DNA of 64,000 bases from Candidatus Omnitrophota bacterium. GTDB lineage: Bacteria > Omnitrophota > Gorgyraeia > Zapsychrales > JBAZNR01. The stretch spans positions 1,103,497 to 1,167,496 of the forward strand of contig JBAZNR010000001.1 of the NCBI GenBank assembly GCA_041649175.1, in the 5' to 3' direction. The notes beneath the pieces were generated by a model. The model worked only from the letters and a program-made list of their open reading frames with translations. It was not told the DNA's origin and did not search any database. Positions 59,064 to 64,000 of this stretch are shown in pieces; within the stretch, counting starts at the first letter, position 1; each line of letters starts with the position of its first letter. The translations under genes were made by a program, and so were the position numbers.

Positions 59064-60704
59064 ATGCTTAGGTTTCAAGATATGAGAAAAACGTTTTCTA
59101 TTTTTTTTCTTTGGTCTTTCGTCTTTAGTCTTTTGTCTATTGTGCCTGCTTTTGCCAACAACTTACAGATTGCTAACTTTTATGATTACAGCACCGACAC
59201 CTCTGCCAACACTATGACTTTCACCTTTAATGTCACGCAAGACAATAGCTGGAGAAACGCCACCAATTATGATGCTGTATGGATGTTTATGAAGTATTCA
59301 ACCGATGGCGGAGCTAGTTGGAATCATGGCAGCATGTCCGCATCCGGCACTAATCCAACAGGCTTTAACGCGCCTACCGGATTTGAAATAAAAGTCCCGG
59401 CGGATGAAAAAGGATTTTTCTTGCAAAGAACCGATCTTGCCGCGGGAAGCATTTCCGCCTCAGGTGTTCGCGTAGTCTGGGATTATGGCCAAGATGGGCT
59501 GTCGGATGCGACCGCACAAGCCGGCAATACAACCTTGAAAATTTTTGGGCTAGAAATGGTTTATATTCCTGAAGGATCGTTTTATGCGGGGGATGCGAGC
59601 GGCGGCAATTTAACGGCAGTATTAAAGCAAGGTAGTGCCGATGAAGATTCTTGGTATATTGCAAGCGAAAATGCAATAAATGCCACAAACGCATCGGCAG
59701 ACGGATATTATTATTTCAGTGCGGGGCAAAATGATGAAGATGTAGACGGAGCTACCTTTCTTATTCCCGCTCAATTTCCTAAAGGTTATCAGGCATTTTA
59801 CTTGATGAAATATGAGCTGACTGAAGGCCAGTGGGTGTCATTTTTTAATACGTTAACGACTGACCAAAAAACGATCCGCGATATTACGAGTTCAACAGCA
59901 GGCGGAAAAAATTCCGATGCAGTTATCTTAAGAAACACAATTAGCTGGGATTCAGCTTCGCCTTTAAAAAATGCTAAGACAACCCGCCCCGATAGAGCGG
60001 TTTCTTATATCGGCTGGCCCGATATTTGCGCCTATGCCGACTGGGCTGCGCTTCGTCCTTACACGGAGTTAGAGTTTGAAAAAGCCGCCAGAGGCGCAGG
60101 TATTACTGCAGTATCGGGTGAATACGCTTGGGGTAATACAACGATTACAGCCGCGGCTACTTTTTCCGGAACTCCGGAAAATGGAACTGAAACAATCGCA
60201 ACGGCAAGCGCTAATGCTAACTACAACAATACGGCTTTTAGTCTTGGCGACGACTACTTAGGTGTTCAATATACCCGCGGGCCTGTTCGTGTAGGAATTT
60301 TTGCGACAAGCGTTTCAACGCGGACGACTGCCGGTACTGGATATTATGGCAATATGGAGTTGTCAGGAAATCTCTGGGAGCCGACGGTTACGGTAGGAAA
60401 TTCCTGGGGACGAGTATTTTTAGGAACCCACGGCGATGGAACGTTGACAACTTTAGCCAGCTATGAAGGCAATGCGACAAATTTAGATTGGCCAGGCTTT
60501 AATTCAGCTAATCCAACGCGGGGTGTTAACGGAACTAAAGGAAGCGGTTACAAAGGCGGTGGTTTTGAGACGGACTCCTTTGAAAGGCTTGGCACATCAA
60601 GCCGAAGAAAAGTTGCTGCAAATGCGGAAAGCGACGCGAGCACAAGCTACAGGTCTCATGGCGGACAATTTTTTGCCGGCAGGTTAGCTCGCACGGCAGA
60701 TTGA
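59064..60704 (+). CDS. Secreted FGE/SUMF1-fold domain protein, paralog B (tandem duplicate of A)
   Basis: Same blocks as A (MVYIPEGSFYAGD, FYLMKYELTEGQWVSFFNTLTTDQK, VSYIGWPDICAYADWAALRPYTELEFEKAARG). Homologous signal peptide ending AFA|NN. Confidence 0.65.
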   Translation: MLRFQDMRKTFSIFFLWSFVFSLLSIVPAFANNLQIANFYDYSTDTSANTMTFTFNVTQDNSWRNATNYDAVWMFMKYSTDGGASWNHGSMSASGTNPTGFNAPTGFEIKVPADEKGFFLQRTDLAAGSISASGVRVVWDYGQDGLSDATAQAGNTTLKIFGLEMVYIPEGSFYAGDASGGNLTAVLKQGSADEDSWYIASENAINATNASADGYYYFSAGQNDEDVDGATFLIPAQFPKGYQAFYLMKYELTEGQWVSFFNTLTTDQKTIRDITSSTAGGKNSDAVILRNTISWDSASPLKNAKTTRPDRAVSYIGWPDICAYADWAALRPYTELEFEKAARGAGITAVSGEYAWGNTTITAAATFSGTPENGTETIATASANANYNNTAFSLGDDYLGVQYTRGPVRVGIFATSVSTRTTAGTGYYGNMELSGNLWEPTVTVGNSWGRVFLGTHGDGTLTTLASYEGNATNLDWPGFNSANPTRGVNGTKGSGYKGGGFETDSFERLGTSSRRKVAANAESDASTSYRSHGGQFFAGRLARTAD

Positions 60705-60721
60705 GTTTTTAGAAATAAATA

Positions 60722-63700
60722 ATGAACTTATTAAATAAAATTTTCCAAAACAGGAATCAAAAAGATGAAAGGCGAAAAAATGCCTATAGGCATTTTTTCG
60801 CCCCATTCGTCTTTTCATTTCTTGTGTCTTTGGTCTTTGGCCTCTGGTCTCCTCTGACTGCTTTCGCCCAATACACCGGTGGCAGTTATGACGGCGGCGC
60901 CGACACGACTTTAGGCGATAATATTACAACCGGCGGTTCCTATGACGGTTTTTCCAGCGGTGCGTCGTCAGCTGGCTATGCCGGTCAGGGCGCTCCCAGC
61001 TACGTTTCCTTTTCCAATACCGTTCCTACAACTCAGCGTAACAGCTATTTTAATCCTCAGCCTAAGCTCCTTTTAAAAGACGCCGCCGGAAATACCATTA
61101 CCCATGGCACCTGGTCTGATGATACGGTAACCCTTTCTATTTATAATAATCCTTCCAACGGCACGCTTTCTGGTACAACCGGTATTACCTTTACGTCCGG
61201 CATTGCCGGCTTCACTTATCAGGGCCTTCGTATTGATAATCCCGGTGAGCTTTATACGCTTAAAGCAACCTTGCAGTCCGACACAACGATTGTCGGAACT
61301 TCCAATAGTTTTGATATTCTTAGCGGTGAATTTGTCCTCAAGTCGGCGGTCTTGCCCTTTGCCAGCTATCCTGAATCTCGTAAAGTTGTAGTCTGGCTAG
61401 AAGATCCGGTGGGTAATATCGTTACCCTTAATACAGTAGGCACTCCTTCCGGTAGCGTTGCAATTTATAGCGATGACGGCACATACAATTCGGATTGCGG
61501 AACTAGCGCTAACGAAGATTGCTCAGCAGGAAATATAGGCTTGGAGCCTCTTGCTGATGCAGATGGCACAACACGGACTGTTCAATATCCGGCAACTGAT
61601 CAATCTGGAGCCTATGGCACCAAAGCCTGGCGGCCGGATTTTACAAAATCCTATCGGTATCGTGCAACATTAACGGCAAATGGCGCGACATACACCGGCA
61701 TGTTTGATTATACGCCGCCCGAAGAATTTTCTGTTAAGACAGCGATCTTGGATTCTACCGGGAGCGGTAAATTTGCTCCGCAAGCCTGGATAGAAATTGA
61801 TGGCCAAAGAGTCACCTTCGATGCAAGCCGCCCTGACTCTGCGACAGTGACGATCACCGATGCTCAGGGATTAGGAGCAGTTGGTGATTGCGGTGGTGGC
61901 AGTTGCACTGCCATTGACATGACTTTGGACGCCGATATTTTTTATTATTATTTTTGGGAACCTGCCGATTTCTTAACTGGCTATCGCGGAAAAGTAGAGA
62001 TCACCTATGCGTATCATACCTATACGACCTATGCGACCTATGATCCTAGTTCATACTACATGGGGACTCTGCAAGGCAGCTTAGATACTATCGCAGCCAA
62101 AACCAACACCATCAACTGGACCAATATTACCGACATTAAATCCGCCACCGATACTATCAATTGGACCAATGTTACCGATATTAAATCTGCTACCGACACC
62201 ATTAATTGGCTTGATGTCGGCGTTTTAACATCCGGTACGGCGGCTATTCAAGCGGTCACCGATCTTTTATCTCCCATCAACTGGGATGATGTCGAAGTTC
62301 TCACCAAACAAGGGATTAACTGGGCTGACTTTGACCGTATGTCGGATGTCGGTATTAATTGGGAAGATTTGTATGTGTTGTCATCCGCCGGGATTAATTG
62401 GTCTGACCTAGATATCCTTTCGGACGCCGGTGTCAATTGGATGGACATTGATGTTTTATCGGACTCTGGAATTAATTGGTCTGATTTAGACGCATTTTCT
62501 GACGCGGGTATTAACTGGCTAGATATCGATATCCTAGCTGATGCGCTTATTAATTGGGACGACTTAGCCTTTATGGCGTCTGCCGGTGTTAACTGGTTTG
62601 ATGTCGCCTACATGAGCGGAGTGGGGACAAATTGGACATACGCCATTAATTGGGACAGCTTAGCCGAGTTAACAACAGCGGCTGTGAACTGGGCGGATAT
62701 GACGGTAATGTCCAGCGCTGGGCTCAATTGGTATGACCTGGAAGTGATGACCGATGCCGGAGTGAACTGGGAAGACGTGGGCGTTTTAAGCGCTACGGGC
62801 ATTAACTGGGTTGATTTGGATATCCTTTCAGATGCTGGCGTAAACTGGGGTGACTTAGATGTGCTTTCCAATACCGGTATCAACTGGCTTGATTTTGATG
62901 TGCTTTCTGACGCCGGCATCAACTGGATCGATTTGGATAAACTGTCAGATGCCGGTATCAATTGGGTGGATTTTGACAGTCTGTCCGATTCAGGTATTAA
63001 TTGGATTGATTTGGATATTTTGTCCGATGCAGGTGTTAAATGGGCTGACTTTGCCACTCTGACCAACGCCGGGATCAACTGGGTCGATTTGGATAAACTG
63101 TCAGATGCGGGCATTGCATGGTCTGACTTTTCCACTCTATCCAAGGCCGGTATCAATTGGGCGGATTTTGATATTTTGTCGGATGCGGGGATCAATTGGG
63201 TGGATTTGGATAAGTTTTCTGATGCCGGTATTAACTGGCTTGATATCGACATCCTCGCGGATAAGGGAATTAATTGGCTAGACTTGGACGTCCTATCCGA
63301 TGCGGGGATCAATTGGCTGGATATCGATACGATTTCAAATACTGGCATCAACTGGGTTGATTTTGACGTCTTATCCGATGCGGGAGTTAATTGGTCAAAT
63401 TTAGGCGCGCTTTCCGAAGCCGGCATAAACTGGACAGATTTGAATGTTCTCTCCGAGACCGGCATCAATTGGCTGGATCTGGATGTCTTGACCAATACGG
63501 GAATCAACTGGATTGACTTAGATGCGCTGGCAGATGCCGGGATCAATTGGTCGGACATCGATGTTATTTCCAAAACGGGTATCAATTGGAATGACTTGGA
63601 CATCCTCTCTGATGCAGGCATCAACTGGAGTGACTTGGACACCTTATCTAAGGCCGGTATCAATTGGTCGGACTTGGACGTCCTCTCTGATACGGGTATT

Positions 63701-64000
63701 AACTGGAGTGATTTGGATGTCTTATCTAAGACAGGCATTAATTGGAGCGATATTGACGTTCTTTCCGATGCGGGGGTCAACTGGCTGGATATCGACATCC
63801 TCTCTGACATCGGTATCAATTGGTCGGACTTGGACATCCTCTCTGACACCGGCATCAATTGGTCGGATCTGGACACCTTATCTAAAGCCGGTATCAACTG
63901 GAGCGACCTGGACGTCCTTTCTGATACAGGTATTAATTGGAGTGATTTGGATGTCTTATCTAAGACCGGTATCAATTGGAGCGATATTGACGTTCTATCC
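60722..64000 (+). CDS. Very large secreted protein, 3' partial: the frame is open to the window end at more than 1090 codons. A ~460 aa non-repetitive N-terminal region is followed by at least 45 tandem 13-residue repeats G-I-N-W-x-D-[LIF]-D-x-L-S-D-[AT]
   Basis: Manual translation from the ATG at 60722 shows no stop through 64000. Signal peptide homologous to those of the two FGE paralogs (AFA|QY). The ORF track lists no complete frame-0 ORF, consistent with read-through. Confidence 0.6.
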   Translation, partial: MNLLNKIFQNRNQKDERRKNAYRHFFAPFVFSFLVSLVFGLWSPLTAFAQYTGGSYDGGADTTLGDNITTGGSYDGFSSGASSAGYAGQGAPSYVSFSNTVPTTQRNSYFNPQPKLLLKDAAGNTITHGTWSDDTVTLSIYNNPSNGTLSGTTGITFTSGIAGFTYQGLRIDNPGELYTLKATLQSDTTIVGTSNSFDILSGEFVLKSAVLPFASYPESRKVVVWLEDPVGNIVTLNTVGTPSGSVAIYSDDGTYNSDCGTSANEDCSAGNIGLEPLADADGTTRTVQYPATDQSGAYGTKAWRPDFTKSYRYRATLTANGATYTGMFDYTPPEEFSVKTAILDSTGSGKFAPQAWIEIDGQRVTFDASRPDSATVTITDAQGLGAVGDCGGGSCTAIDMTLDADIFYYYFWEPADFLTGYRGKVEITYAYHTYTTYATYDPSSYYMGTLQGSLDTIAAKTNTINWTNITDIKSATDTINWTNVTDIKSATDTINWLDVGVLTSGTAAIQAVTDLLSPINWDDVEVLTKQGINWADFDRMSDVGINWEDLYVLSSAGINWSDLDILSDAGVNWMDIDVLSDSGINWSDLDAFSDAGINWLDIDILADALINWDDLAFMASAGVNWFDVAYMSGVGTNWTYAINWDSLAELTTAAVNWADMTVMSSAGLNWYDLEVMTDAGVNWEDVGVLSATGINWVDLDILSDAGVNWGDLDVLSNTGINWLDFDVLSDAGINWIDLDKLSDAGINWVDFDSLSDSGINWIDLDILSDAGVKWADFATLTNAGINWVDLDKLSDAGIAWSDFSTLSKAGINWADFDILSDAGINWVDLDKFSDAGINWLDIDILADKGINWLDLDVLSDAGINWLDIDTISNTGINWVDFDVLSDAGVNWSNLGALSEAGINWTDLNVLSETGINWLDLDVLTNTGINWIDLDALADAGINWSDIDVISKTGINWNDLDILSDAGINWSDLDTLSKAGINWSDLDVLSDTGINWSDLDVLSKTGINWSDIDVLSDAGVNWLDIDILSDIGINWSDLDILSDTGINWSDLDTLSKAGINWSDLDVLSDTGINWSDLDVLSKTGINWSDIDVLS
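60771..60802 (+). terminator. Perfect 14-bp hairpin GGCGAAAAAATGCC-TATA-GGCATTTTTTCGCC in the 5' coding region of the repeat-protein gene. Analogous to the hairpin in paralog A
   Basis: Seen directly. 67 nt after the upstream stop. Same outer stem GGCGAAAA/TTTTCGCC as at 57365, with compensatory inner changes. Confidence 0.45.
62100..64000 (+). repeat. 39-bp (13-codon) in-frame tandem repeat array encoding GINWxDLDxLSDA units. Continues beyond the window
   Basis: Visible periodicity of ggtatcaattggtcggacttggacgtcctctctgat-type units. It also creates a spurious long antisense ORF. Confidence 0.8.

Noticed and set aside
62608-63975. 455-aa minus-strand ORF (LIPASDKTSKSSQ... repeats) and the smaller 62248..62448 minus-strand ORF
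   Set aside because: They are the antisense reading of the 39-bp in-frame tandem repeat; periodic repeats lack stops on both strands. The + strand frame is continuous with a 1.4-kb non-repetitive N-terminal region carrying a signal peptide homologous to neighbouring genes, whereas the minus-strand frame is open only inside the repeats.
62100-64000. Possible CRISPR array, given the regular ~39-bp periodicity
   Set aside because: No unique spacers alternate with the repeats. The whole array is a degenerate in-frame coding repeat, and no cas genes are present.

Overview
The window is a co-directional, gene-dense chromosomal segment of about 44% GC. It looks like an uncultivated or deep-branching bacterium. 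Most core proteins are recognisable but diverged, and many ORF-track starts are TTG or GTG. Almost every gene is on the + strand.

Gene order, start to end:
- ftsK 3' end, a RodZ-like gene, a RimO-type methylthiotransferase, pgsA-pgpA.
- A convergent thpR/cinA pair on the - strand.
- An FMN-riboswitch-controlled riboflavin operon: ribBA-ribH-nusB-PHP phosphoesterase-ribD-ribE. It runs straight into a catalytically dead ketosynthase paralog followed by fabG and fabZ.
- tRNA-Pro, acyP, a metallophosphoesterase, ligA, a lipoprotein, xerD, a CCA/poly(A) polymerase-family gene, rbfA, nrnA, truB, ribF.
- A complete dcw cluster: mraZ-rsmH-ftsL-ftsI-murE-murF-mraY-murD-ftsW-murG-[secreted HExxH protein]-murC-ddl-ftsQ-ftsA. 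It ends with no ftsZ or murB in the locus.
- A minus-strand membrane protein and zupT, then tRNA-Arg preceded by a disrupted 5'-half copy of itself.
- A large polytopic membrane protein, gcvT-gcvH-gcvPA-gcvPB with a lipoate ligase, a NUMOD3-repeat mini-protein, an EF-hand protein and an S41 peptidase.

The last ~14 kb is the most unusual part:
- A GT2-DUF2304-methyltransferase-GT2 glycosylation-type module.
- Then an MSHA/T2SS-like outer-membrane module: MshM/ExeA-type AAA ATPase, a PilP/GspC-like protein, a secretin and a TPR coiled-coil protein.
- Then three co-oriented secreted-protein genes: two FGE/SUMF1-fold paralogs and a >1090 aa protein with a 13-residue tandem repeat that runs off the window.
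- All three share a duplicated 5' cassette: a GGCGAAAA...TTTTCGCC-type hairpin embedded in the coding sequence of a homologous signal peptide.

This secretin-linked, leader-sharing cargo locus is the best candidate for an undescribed system. No CRISPR array, rRNA or obvious mobile element was seen.
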